Assembly (NCBI RefSeq): GCF_963853765.1
Contig: NC_088860.1
Coordinates: forward strand, 13,330,001-13,394,000
Direction: 5' to 3'
Source of the DNA: Magallana gigas
Taxonomy: Eukaryota
Length of the DNA stretch: 64,000 nt
In this document: piece after piece, positions 26,101 to 38,772 of the stretch
Position numbering within the stretch: the first letter of the stretch is position 1
Layout: each line of letters starts with the position of its first letter
The notes under the pieces: model-generated
Seen by the model: only the letters and a program-made list of their open reading frames with translations
Told to the model about the DNA's origin: nothing
Databases searched by the model: none
Program-made: the position numbers and the translations under genes

Positions 26101-27540
26101 ATGATCCATTTTAGATGATGCAGGACAGACTGTGGTGGCGTGTCTTGTAAGTACTTCACTGGCACCACCTCCACATTTCTCGGTGGTCTCACTGTTACTG
26201 TAATGTCGCCTATTGACACCTGTTCAGTACCATTTTTGGCCTGATTAGAACACCGGCGAATGGTGAGGAAGTAATCATTCCTCTCGGGACCATTCTTCAA
26301 GATGTTTTTAAGCACCTGTTGAATGTAGAAGAAAATTAGACTTAAGATAGATACATCATATTACTTAATATTACAATAAAATTTTAATGTAATATGTACC
26401 TTATACAAACAGTTCAGTCTGTGAGCATAATCTTGAGAATATATGTATGTACATGTATTACTATGAGTATATGCCAACTGCATTTAGTTGAATGTCTGAT
26501 CTTTTCATTTTCAATTAATTTTCACAAACATTAAAGCAATATGAGCTGCATTTTCATGTTGAAATATTTTTTTACAAAAATGTCATTTTCTACTAAAAAT
26601 AATGACAAAAGATATAATTTTTTTTTAATTTGTTAGCCATATTTTTGTGGGAAAAGCCATTTAGAAGTATTAATTGAAGCAAAATTGAATTATTGTCGTC
26701 CTGTACAAAAATTGATCCGCTATATATTTCTCAGAAGAGAAATCTTTCTTCTGACAAAAATTGTTGGTTTTTTCAAATCTTATTTATCATAATAGTTTAA
26801 GTTACATGCAGATTTATCATACTAACAGGTTTTTGCAGCAAAAAAAAAAATCTAAAAAATACAGCTCATATTGCTTTAAGTAAATGGTTACAACGAATAC
26901 AACATGTACATTTGTACAAAGGTTAATATTTTGTTTAACTTTTCAATATTTTTTGATATCTCAGGGTACAAATGGTACTCATTGCCTAACATGAAAAAAA
27001 ATCATCAAAGTGACAGAAAGGATAACATGATACAGGATATAGCATATAAAATATAGTCGTTTCTGTTAAATGCACTATCTTAGAATAATCTTAATATTCA
27101 GAATTTGTCAATCTTCCGAGGACACTTTTAACTAAATATATAATGTGATTAACTTTAAGTAAAAGTCTAACATACACATACTTGCACAATGGATACATTG
27201 ACTACATGTAGCTGTTAAATGAATGTAAATGAAGTTTATAACTAACATTTTTTAACTTGATCATTATCAGATCATACAATATATAAAGATATCAACGAAG
27301 AATATAACTCTTTTATTTTAAGATGAATCATAAAATCAAACAACACATACATTACATCTATACGTAAAGTGAAATATTTGCAAGATTTAATTGAAATGTG
27401 TACATGTGTGGCATTATATAACATCGTTCGAATTGCCTTCACATTCATTCTAAGAATTATTATTACGATATAAAAACTAATGCCCTTACCTGCAATCGAG
27501 AATTTGAGCGGTTTCCGCTCATCCGTCTGATCCAGGACAT
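20197..27540 (-). CDS. VWA8: von Willebrand factor A domain-containing protein 8 (tandem AAA modules + C-terminal VWA), 1890 aa
   Basis: Exons 27540-27490, 26315-26063, 25836-21575, 21487-21361, 21176-20197 (5673 nt, in frame). Motifs DVFLIGGPGPLRR, SRDTTETDIKQRRE, GARGCGKS, GNQGVGKN, HHGGNTWAGGTGG, MIDAS-like DVSGSMYRFN. The Arg/Ser-rich N-terminus looks like a mitochondrial presequence. Confidence 0.96.
26535..26875. mobile_element. TTAA-flanked MITE (Kolobok-type termini), copy 1
   Basis: TTAA|AGCAATATGAGCTG ... CAGCTCATATTGCT|TTAA; homologous to 36028-36329. Confidence 0.85.
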
Positions 27541-27713
27541 AGATTTAGTCTGTCCTGATTTATCACATCGTTAAGTCAGAAACTGGGACGGCAAAGATAC
27601 TTTCAAGTTCAAAGTCTACCTTTCTCACAGGGCGCAGACATGTTTGTTTCTCTATCGATTCCCGATCCCGACCTTCTATTTTGATTATTTTAACCCGAGC
27701 AAGACATTATAAT

Positions 27714-28088
27714 CAGGCACGTAGCATCGTTTTTGAAAGTGGGGGGGGGGGGGGGGCAGACTCATCCAAAAATTCTTGACAAGCCAAAAAAAAAAAAAAA
27801 CAACGAAAATGTTAAGTTTTCAAAATTCTCAAAATCCTATTCCGGGGGGGGGGGGGGGGGGGGGCGTAGTATATAACTTCAATTTCACTCCTCATTTCCT
27901 TATTTTCATATCAATTTTTTACATACTCCCAAAAAAGTGGGGGGGGGGGGGGGGGCAACTCCATGATACTGCAATTTCTTATATGTAAATATTCAAAAAA
28001 TTGTTGTTGCGAGAAAAAGTGGGGGCAGGCCCCCCCCCCCTCCCCCCACTGCCCCACCCCCCCCCCCCCCCCTGATGCTACGTGCCTG
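27714..28088. mobile_element. G-tract MITE, CAGGCACGTAGCATC TIR, 5-bp TSD, just upstream of the VWA8 start
   Basis: Perfect 15-bp TIRs; ATAAT on both flanks. Confidence 0.88.
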
Positions 28089-28186
28089 ATAATAGTTGTT
28101 TTCACTTACCAGAAGCGAATAGTTTTCTTTGCATGGTCTCAAACAGTCTGATTTTAATCACCCCTTCTCCTTACACTCGTCCCTGA

Positions 28187-28217
<31 letters not shown>
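28187..28217. repeat. (GA)n microsatellite
   Basis: GA run. Confidence 0.9.
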
Positions 28218-29656
28218 CTGGGTCTCAAATACATGTACATGGTCTCAATCAAGTTTTCAATGTTAACTTGGCCCTGTATTCCGTCGCTGAATATTTTAGG
28301 TCTGGACCACAGGCATTTGTTTTTGTAATAAAAGTGTACCAAGTAGTATAACATAATCACACTTATTATAATGTACTTTGGATTAAGTTTTATCGTAGAA
28401 ACAAGTGTCTTTGGTCAGTACGGGGCTGATTACAGAATCATAAAAATACAATATAGTATTGTCTATCGCTGGGAAATTCAAAAATTACATGAAACTTTTA
28501 GTTTAATAATTCTGTTTTCTTAATTATTTCACTATTTTATTCATTCTACATTAGTTATGCTTGATATCATTAATTTTTCGAAATGCTGACCAAGATTATC
28601 TCTGCGAAACAAACTGATGATCATCAATTTTATTTTCTGTTCGTCAACAGTGGACATATTCTACTTATAAATACTAATATATAAATTAATTGATGGGTAT
28701 ATATTTGTTGCTAAATTGTATTGCAATCTTTTAGGCAAAAATTCGAATTGAAATTATGTTTGATAAAGTCGACGGTTTCGAGAAATTCTACAACAGGTGA
28801 TGCAAATTATTACACAAATATAACTACACTTACATGTATCAAAATTTAACTCTTACAATCAAATTTTGTAATACAATATAATACTTCAAATATCCTTATG
28901 AAACAGTTTGCAAAAATATATTCGTGTTTCTTGATATATGAAAACGGTATGAACTCTTCTAGCTAACAAAAAGTATCGTTAATTTTGGATGAATTTTCTT
29001 TGAAAAATATCGGGGATTTTTTATTTCACTGTAATCGGGGAATACCAGTTTCGGCTATTGTATAAAATTGATTACAATGTAAGTGCTTCATCAAAAATGT
29101 GCTCTTTGTCATCGGTTATAAAAACAATTCTTAAATACGCAAAATTATCTTGTAGGAACATGTGGATATCTAAATATTGTACTTAGATTGAGATTTTAAA
29201 AAAACTTAAAAATTAATACAATTTAATGATTCTTTATACAATATTATTAATTCTTGCTATATTCCAGGAGAATGCAAACACTTAAGCCTCCGACAAGAAT
29301 TCGTAAAATTAAAGATGCAACAGTACGTGTAATATATGATTAATTAATTCATTCATTCTTGCATCGTCCTACATCACAAATTCGGGTGGGATTGAGGTAT
29401 GTTTGAGAAAATAATCTCTTTTTAGACTTAGTAGTTCAGAGTTTTAATCTTCTTTTTTTTTAATATAATATTAAAGGCGAATCTGGTGGAATATATTCCA
29501 TAAATGTCAAGTTACGGAACACCGGCCATGCAGGCGATAAATCTATAGAATAAATGTCAAGGCAGATAAATCAAGCAAATTCAGATAAATGGTCATGTTG
29601 TATTTATATAGATTGAATAATGTAACAATCTTTTCATATCGCGCATGAATGATTAA

Positions 29657-29908
29657 GGTGGTGTTAGACATCTATTGATATTTATATGAATAAAAGTACT
29701 TTTTTTATTTGGAGAGGTAAAGCTTGCAAAACCCCCACCGGGATTTGAACTAATTACCTACAGATTCAAAGTAACCCTCTAACCCACTTCGCTACGCTGT
29801 TAGTTACGAAAATTGATTAAGAAACTACTCATATAATTTCACTTTATTTTTTCGATATTTATTTCAATAAACAATACGTCACAACATGGAAGTGTCCGAT
29901 ACCATCTT
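29657..29908. mobile_element. Decayed TTAA-type element containing a tRNA-like segment
   Basis: ttaa|ggtggtgttagac ... gtccgataccatct ends; internal gggatttgaact...ctctaacccacttcgcta resembles an antisense tRNA. Related segments lie near 46585-46665 and 51930-51990. Confidence 0.5.
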
Positions 29909-30743
29909 TCATCAGATATGCGTCAGAGCTTTTACATCTTGTGTTTCATATAAATGGTGAATAAAATCTGCCAAATTAATATACACACAAAGATTGTTTA
30001 CTTCTAAAAATTCACTGAATTGTATGGTAAAAAAAGCATGCATTGCATCGATCCTTGTAACAGTCATTGCCTCAGACGAACAAAATAAAAATAAAGATAT
30101 TTATGACCAAATTCGTTGATATCGATCTACTGCGAGAGTTTTTAGTTTTATGATATACCATAGCTTTATCTGTTACACAGTGATCAAGTTAATTTACAGA
30201 TCATGAATGTGTGCCAGTTGTGAATTTCATACAGAGCACGATATACGAAAAGTGTTCGGATAGTGCCAAAAGGAAGGTGAGAAAAATGCTTACATTTACA
30301 TTAGTTTCATAATTGAAATTTTTCTAAAAATATATTTCATAATTTTTTTGCATGTGAATAAACCTCTATACTTCAAACCGGAGAAATTTCAATCGATAAT
30401 GCTTTTATGTAGATGATGTGCATGTATTGTTAAAGAAATTATCTTCGATGACGTTTAAAATTTCGGGGTTTTTTGGGTTTTTTTTTTATTTCTAAGTGCA
30501 AGCGCTTTTTAGTAGTGTCTTATTATAATATCTTTTCATCAACGCCATCTTTATCGATTATGTGCTTTTAAATACTTTCTAATCTCTATAGACCTTAATT
30601 CTTATTAAAATTAATTTTCAATCAGCATGCCTTAGCCATTCCGTACCTTATCTATTTGTGTTAAAAGGTCTCTACTCTGTAGATAAAATCTAAAATCCAA
30701 TCCTTAGATTTGGATTGCTCAACTTACGATTTTCCTGTCAAAC

Positions 30744-30932
30744 CATGCGCGGATCTAAAAAGGGGTTTGGGCCTGGAAAATTGATATTCCTTCAGACTTT
30801 CTTAGACTTTTACATAGTAAAATTACCAAAATTATGCCTGAGACACCCCCCCCCCCCCCCTGTAAACATAAATACCGATAACCCTCGGACCCCCCCCCCC
30901 CCCCCCATGAAAAAATTCACATTCCGCGCATG
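30744..30932. mobile_element. G/C-tract MITE, CATGCGCGGA TIR
   Basis: catgcgcgga ... tccgcgcatg; flanks CAAAC / CACAC (5-bp TSD with 1 mismatch). Confidence 0.8.
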
Positions 30933-31198
30933 CACACTACATGTATATAACATCAACTATTTATTTCTAAAAAAGATATGAATTATAAGACCTGCAGTTG
31001 TAGTAATCTTTGTCGGTACTTAAAATCAAGTTTAACCTAAATATTTGATGTATATTTTCAAAAATGAAAAACCACACTTTTGATTTGTCCATGTTCATTG
31101 AGAATTAAAAATTGTTAATTAGTAAAAAAAAAAAAAAACCAAAACAATATTGTCTGTATTGTAGTAAAGAGGTACCATGCGTATGGCAAATTTTGAAA

Positions 31199-33625
31199 AT
31201 GGCAACGAAAAATGCAGAAAAGAGTGATGAAGATCTTAAAGAGAAAAGTCGGGCTATCATCAAACACTTCAAGAGGTCTAGTGATCTAGATTCCTCGCAC
31301 TACTCGAAGGCTGAAAAGAGACGAGGGCATCCGATAGACAAGGGTTACGCTTGGGTTGTTTTAGTGGGTAAATACAATATTATGTAGATACAAACTCTTC
31401 TATTTCTTTCATCTTTCATCCCATGTCAATCTTATATAATTCATGTGTATCTAACTAAACTTTTTTCAAGCTTGTTGTGTTGCCGTTTTTCTCATCACTG
31501 GAACCTTCAAATCTTTTGGGGTTTTGTACGTCGAACTTATCACAGTGTTTCATAGCAACGCAACAATGACATCCGTCGTTCAAGGATTACTTATATTCAT
31601 GTATAGTTTTGGATGTAAGTAAAATATGATTTCATACATACAAAACTTCTAAATCAAAGACAACGATTGTATTGGCAAAGTGAAAATGCCATATTAATGC
31701 CATCATTGAAATGATAAAGATTATCACGTATTAAGCTATATAACTAAATTTGTTTCATCTTTGTGAATGTCTGATGCAATTTGACTTCATTATCTTGGTT
31801 TTGTAGCGGTGTTTGTTTGTCTCTTTGGTCTGCGATTGTTTCCATCTCGTACATGGGTCATCATTGGCGGTATCTTCTACTTCTTTGGATTTCTTACAAG
31901 CAGCTTTGCAGAATCGGTGGAATTCTTATTCTTCAGCTACAGTTGTTTAATTGGTATGAATGTACAAGTATATTCCGATATATTCTACACCATTTTCTGA
32001 TGAACATTTGTAAGTATGAGTAAGTTCCAGTGATTTATTTTTGTTCCTTTGTAGGTGCAGGGATGGCGCTTTCATTTTCTCCCATTGTAGTCACTGTGGG
32101 GACATACTTTGATGAGAAAAAAGGGTTTGCGAGTGGACTACTAATGTCAAGTGGAAGTCTAGGTGCTCTGGTGATGGCTCCATTTTTACGGGTACTGTTA
32201 AACCTGTATTCGGTTGAAGGTGCTCTCTTAATAATAGCGGCTGTTGCCAGTCACATCATTGCTTGTGGGCTGTTGCTCCGTCCTACTCCATTTTACACAG
32301 GAAAGAGAAACAAAGCTAGCTATGAGTCCGATTGTTCATCCACAGAGGAACAAGGGCCGTTAGTAGATTCTCTGACCAGGGACAGCGATCAATTTGATCG
32401 ACTCTATTCATCTGATCCCAACATTGTTCTTAAGAAAGGGCATTTTCAGCAAGTGGATTGCCCAAAACGGAGAACGAGTAATGAAGTCGTTTCTGTGTTT
32501 CAGTCAAATGACTCCAAAGAGTGTAGTCTGAATTTTGAACGTCAGGGGTCAGCTGTAGTGAATTCCACAGTTGGTAGGAAAAGGATATTTAACATCAAGA
32601 TATTCAAAAACACGTCGTATTTACGACTCTTGTTTGCATACACTATTGGCTCTTTAGGCACTTCTCTCCCACAAGGCTATTTACCTGCATTTGCAATGGA
32701 ACAAGGAACAGACAGAACAGACGCCGCCTGGCTTATAACCATCAGCAGCTTTGCCGACTTATTAGGACGAATTACCATCGGTTGGATCTCCGACAAAAAA
32801 CGGATCAAGAGTATTTATTTGATTGCCATCAGTATGGTTGTTAGTGGTGTTGTTCAGTGTTTATCTCCCTTTTACAAAAATTATTTGAGTCTCGTGTTCT
32901 TTAGCATGGTCTATGGGTTCTTTTCAAACTTTATATCAGCCCTGTATTTCCCCGTATTGCTGGACATTCTGGGAGTTGACGATTTCCGGTGCGCTCTCAG
33001 TGTTTTGTACGTTGGCTATGGTATCATTAGCGGCTGCGCTGCGCCATTTATCGGTGAGTGTTCAAGTCAGTAATTCACAGAATCATTGAAAGGCCTTTCA
33101 CATGCATTTTACGTGCTTGTGGGCTGTTGCCGCTTCAATTCACATTATCATTGAAAGGCCTTTCAAATGCATTTTATGTTTTCTGATAAAACTTCATTTC
33201 TTGATATTAAAAAAAATACGCTGTAATTAAACCAACTTTCAAACAAAGTTCATTGTCGGACTGTTTCAGTCCCATTTTCTTCTTGCGTTGTTTGTAATAA
33301 ATATCTGGTGTGTGATATATTCTCGTGCATTTCATAGAACACAAACTAAATATTACCAATTACGAAGATATAAACACGCCAATTCAAAAAATGATTTTTA
33401 GATGATATTTTAAAAATTGGGGTTTAAAATAATTCAAATGAATATTCAACAATTTCAATTGTTATTTAAATGATTCAAATCCATCAAAAAATCTGAATTC
33501 CCTGCACTTTTTTGATTACAGGTGACATAAAGGACAAGTCCGGAACCTATGTAACGTGCTTTTATCTGTTTGGGGCAGCTCATATTATCTCCTCGGCTGT
33601 ATTATTTTCTGAACGTTTGTCATGA
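31199..33625 (+). CDS. SLC16 / monocarboxylate transporter family MFS protein, paralogue A, 520 aa
   Basis: Exons 31199-31367, 31471-31614, 31807-31953, 32055-33053, 33522-33625. Motifs HPIDKGYAWVV, FKSFGVLYVEL, VGTYFDEKKGFASG, CGLLLRP, ADLLGRITIGWISD. Confidence 0.93.
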
Positions 33626-34799
33626 AGATTATATATGAATGGAAATACCGGGTATATATATTTTTTAATTAAATGGTCAGTTTTGTAATTTATTTTGTAC
33701 GTGGAATAAAATTATGAATAAAAATAAAATGCAAGTTTCTTGAGTTATCTCAATTTACTCAATGAAGGATCAATAAGTTTGGTTCGAGTTTGAAATGCAA
33801 CTTGCTTTTGTTTAAAATTAGAATAAATAAAACAATAATGAGTGACCTGTTTATGTTGAATACTATTACATGTAACCGCCTTTGTAAAACGGATAAAACT
33901 TTATTAGAATATTCTAGTAGTAGATTGGCTTGCGCTATCGAAGTTATTTAATTTATTAATGTTTCCATTTGGTGATTAACCTCAAATTAACTGAATATCT
34001 TTATTTAATTTAAGCCCGGTTTGCAATTGAAATTTTAGTTTAGATCATAGCTCATATATTGTACCGATTTATATGAAGCGCTTTATGTATGCGCGCCTTT
34101 CTTTCTCCTTTTGATCCTTTAAAAGAAAAAAAAAATCCGGGACCTTGCACGTGTTTTTATTTTTTGATAGTGGGTTACGAGAATGGCAAGTCAGATATGA
34201 ATTTTAAAATATTTTAAAAAAATAAAGTTTTTTTTGCTTGGGGAATTCTCTCTGTTTAGTATCTGATCACGTAATTTATTTAAAAATGCAATAGATTAAC
34301 TTATACAGGTACTAGAGATAATGATGCGCACAAAAGCTGTAAATTGTTCTTTACTAGTATTTCACGGGATTTACCTACTTTGTTACTTATTTTGATTGAT
34401 TGATTATCAAGTGTGATAGATGCGTTGAACCACCCTAATCCGGTTTATGAATCAATCGTGTTTAAAGGTTTATATATATCTCAGAAGCTTTGCAATTTAG
34501 TTTTTAAAAAGAAATTGAGAAGAAATGCCCCACATATATGTACAAAAGTGTGGTATAATATTAAAGAAGTGCGTTTATACATTTGATCACAACAATATTA
34601 TACAAATATTCCTAGCCGGTCAATATTTAAAAAAATATTGACCGGTCAATATTTTTCGGACGAGATAATATTACAGTTATTGACTATTCGTCTATATAGA
34701 GTTATATAGTGAGAATATACTACTGAATATAACAAACCAATATATTTGCTATAAAATATCTGGACCCCATTTTCTGGTATTGTTATTTTTTATCATAGG

Positions 34800-35990
34800 A
34801 AATACAATTTAATCCAAATAATACAGTGAATTTAGATTTTGGTAGAAAGAGTGATTGTCATCCAAAAGTTATCTTTGGCACTGATGGGCCTGCTATTGAA
34901 AAGGTTGAAACACTTTCTCATCTAGGTATAAAATTCCAGCAGGATGGTAGTCGGAGAACCCATATTCATTCTAAAGCTTACGATCGTTAATATATCTTAA
35001 GAATGTTGAAACGCATCCTTGAAAAGGATGCTTTGATAAACACTTACTTTGCCTTTGTTCGCCAAGTTCTTGAATACTCTGACATTGTATGGGGTAATTG
35101 TTCTGATAAAGATCCTAAACTACTTAAAGATATTCAAGTTGCAGTAGCTATAGAATCATTTCAGGATTAAGGTCAGATTCTTCAAAATTCTTGCTTTATG
35201 ATGAACTTGGATGGGATACACTTGAAGTTCGACGTAAAATACATAAGCTTGTGTTATTTTATAAGAACGTTTATGGATTAGCACCTCAGTATTTAGTTGA
35301 TCTGCTCGAACAATGTTTACTATCTCAAAATTGTCATCCTCTGCAGAATCAGGACAACGTTACATTGTATGCCCCCCAAGTAAAAACGACCTCTTACATG
35401 AGAAGTTTTTTACCCTCAACAATTAGACTCTGGAATGATCTCCCAGATGATATCCGTAGCCCTCCAACATTCTCATCATTTACACATGCCATAAAAATCA
35501 TGTATTGTTCAAAGGCCAAGAAATATATGGTGTTCGAAAGGAAAATAAAATACACTGTCAACTTCGTAACTCAGCTAGTAACTTAAATATTGATTTATTC
35601 AATCAATTTTTGAATGACAACTCAAGTTGTGGTATATGTGGAAAAATTTTGAAATATTTCATCACTTTATTTTTGAATATCCAAAATAGTGTGATCAAAG
35701 ACATTTGCTATAAACCTAAAATAAAGATTTCTTACGCCTGCAAATACCTTTTTTTTAAGATCAACTCATTCTTAATGGTGTCATTAGTCTTACATATGAA
35801 TAAATTATTGCAGTCTTCAAATATGTACCCTAATTTATTAAATCTACAAAGAGATCCAAATAGTCCTTCTTGTTCAACTTATTGTCGTATACCAAAGAAT
35901 AAAAATGTTTTATTTGTTTGTATTTTTTCCCTCTTGTTTATTATCATCATTACTAGTTACTACAAATTATATAGGCAATGCCTGCTACCC
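34800..35990 (+). mobile_element. 5'-truncated, frameshifted non-LTR retrotransposon (CR1/L2-group RT C-terminus)
   Basis: Decayed reading FNP...SHLGI...FAFVRQVLEYSDIVW...LYDELGWDTLEVRRKIHKLVLFYK...SFLPSTIRLWNDLP, with stops and frameshifts. Confidence 0.85.
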
Positions 35991-36027
35991 CATCTGTCTG
36001 TGTGATACATAATGAAATATTGTTTAA

Positions 36028-36329
36028 AGCAATATAAGCTGCAATTTCCATGTTGAATTTCTTTTTTAAGAAAATGTTTTTTTTCTACTAAAATGGCAAA
36101 AAATTTGTTAATTTTTATGCGGAAAGGCCGTTATGAAGCTTTATTTGGAGCAAAACTGAATAATTGTCATCCTGTACAAAAATTGATCTGCTATATATCT
36201 TTCTTCTGACAAATATTAATGATTTTTTCAAATCTTATTTATCATAAAAGTCTAAGTTACATGCAGATTTATCAAACTAGCAGGTTTTTCCAGCAAAATA
36301 AAATTCTAAAAAATACAACTAATACTGCT
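36028..36329. mobile_element. TTAA-flanked MITE, copy 2
   Basis: TTAA|AGCAATATAAGCTG ... CAACTAATACTGCT|TTAA; colinear with 26535-26875. Confidence 0.82.
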
Positions 36330-36961
36330 TTAAATTAAAATAAACAATTCACGCATTTCCTTCATAGGCAGTTCCGAGTTTTTTCTAGGTTTAGCGTCTA
36401 TTCAAAAGTCACAAACCTATTTTTTTTAATAAAGATAGTAATAATCACAAATCAGCAGAAAAACCACACTTCTTTATTTTTAAGTACATAAATAAAATCT
36501 ATTATCATTATTTGAACATTTTCTTTGGACTGTGGCGAAAATTAATGCATAAATATCCCAACCCCAGGCTTTAATGATAAAACAAACCAAATTCAAAATG
36601 TTCGTGCTATATTTTCAAATATGAAGAGTTCATATGATACATTATTTTTTGTGGTACATGCTTCAAAACTAATCCGTCCGCGGACGTTAAACATAGAAAA
36701 AATTTGGATTGGCCTTTCTATGGGAATGCCATGTTCTTGTAAATCATTGGATCCGCACCAGAACTGTTACATGTATGTACATGGACAGACCTCGGAACAG
36801 ACTAAATCGGAAGGACGTGCATTTTTTATTCATTATCTGAATCTAAATAAGATCTTCATAATTATAAAGGTTTTAAAATTAAGAGTGCAAAGACATACAA
36901 TAAGTGGCAAACATTGACAGTCACGGTAATATATCTAACTGTTTAATTGGAAAATCCTTTA

Positions 36962-37200
36962 TCTATACTACTATATTAAAATTATAGACTCGAATTTTTG
37001 GGCTTTAATACCGAGAAATCGGAAGAGAACTGTCTTTTGTTTTCTATATTTTAAACATCATTGGTACTTGAAGATTACCAATTTGTTTTTATTTTTTCTC
37101 AAGCTTCGCTAATTAATAATCAACGAAAATTCCTTTAAAAAATCCGGAAATCCTTTATTTTTAAAAATTATATTTAATGTTATAAAATAAGATATAAGTG
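36962..37200 (+). mobile_element. Possible Helitron 5' end
   Basis: A|TCTATACTACTATATTAAA is a typical Helitron 5' terminus. No convincing 3' hairpin-CTAG was found, so the end coordinate is arbitrary. Confidence 0.35.
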
Positions 37201-38268
37201 ATTATTTGTTTTTTATCATAGTATGATTATCCTATGGATGGCGTGTTTTCATAATATACGAAGGTAGCATCAGTTAATTGTACCTGTGTTTTACTCGGAA
37301 ACAATTACATGTATGTTGAATTTAGTTCATCTCGTTAAAACGGGTTGGCGGGAGAATTGGGTTAATATAGAGAACTTTTATGGGCACATTGCCTGTTAAC
37401 TGTGTAGATGCTTATGCATAAATTGTTAGAAAGATACTTTGAACTAAGGGACACTGGATCTACATGTACATGCTATAAAGAGAAAAAAAACACATTTTTA
37501 CAAAACCTAATGAATCTGAGTCGGATTCTGCTGAAAAAATTATAATGAATCCTATATAACTACATGTATGAATCATAGTCTAAGTATGACAAATTGGAGC
37601 AGATAGACAGATACTAGTTTTGACCTATATAAATGTGATACTAGTACTTACTAGTGTGACACAAGTACATAAAGGTTTATGGACCCTGTTTGGCTATGGT
37701 ATAGATGTTTGTCATGTCTGACCCCACGCCTTTATCGTACCACATTTCATTTGCATGTATGCAGCACACGCTCAGGAAAAAAACCCCGATCATCATAAAG
37801 CGGTTATAATTGTTGTATCCGGATTTGGGGGGTTTTATTGGGTAATTGTTGATTGAGTTGTAAAATAAACAATGACAAAATCTTATATGAATTTGAAATA
37901 GGTTATAGGTGAAGTTTTCAAATTTGCCGTAAAAAAATAAATGGTATATATATTTTGTTATCTGACATAACGTCAGTAAATCGCCTAGCCTTGCATCAGG
38001 TAACAGCTTTGATTTTTTTTAAAAGCTTCATTTTGCACAAAAAAATATATGTGTATGTTGTACGATTCGTTAACCTTTGTTTAAGTTTGACCGAGGAGTG
38101 TCATTTTATAGATACTCCATGTAATTCAGGTCATCTTGAGGGTTACATGGGTTTCCATGGTATATTTCAAAGCATGGAGAATTATCAGATCGTGTACCCG
38201 CATATTGTATCTGCATAGTACCAAAGAAGGAAGGGGGAGGGCTGAATTAATGACAATTTTAATTAATG

Positions 38269-38402
38269 NNNNNNNNNNNNNNNNNNNNNNNNNNNNNNNN
38301 NNNNNNNNNNNNNNNNNNNNNNNNNNNNNNNNNNNNNNNNNNNNNNNNNNNNNNNNNNNNNNNNNNNNNNNNNNNNNNNNNNNNNNNNNNNNNNNNNNNN
38401 NN
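38269..38402. other. Assembly gap (134 N)
   Basis: Run of N between the two transporter genes. Confidence 1.
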
Positions 38403-38772
38403 ACACAAAATATCCTCTGTTTAGTTATTCAATGTAGATTGGCCATTTAAGAAAGCATTACCCGTGCAGCGTTTTAAATTCTCTAGCCTTTAAAGTCCTC
38501 TAGAAATGCTAATACTTCCTTACTGTTTAAAAAAATATGAAACAGCTGACGACGTAAGAATCTACTTTTTGTGTTTGACCCCGGCCGGGATAGCGGCAGT
38601 ACCGGTGAGCCTGCCTGTATCTTCCGCCGTTGTTGACGGCTTGACAACGAAATCGACTGAATCTAGTTCTGTGATCAGTGTATAGTAAAGATGTGCCACG
38701 CAGCGCCTAGATTTGATAAGAATTGCCTCCATTATGTGACTTGTTCGTTCTAGAAAAAACTCATCCAAAGGA

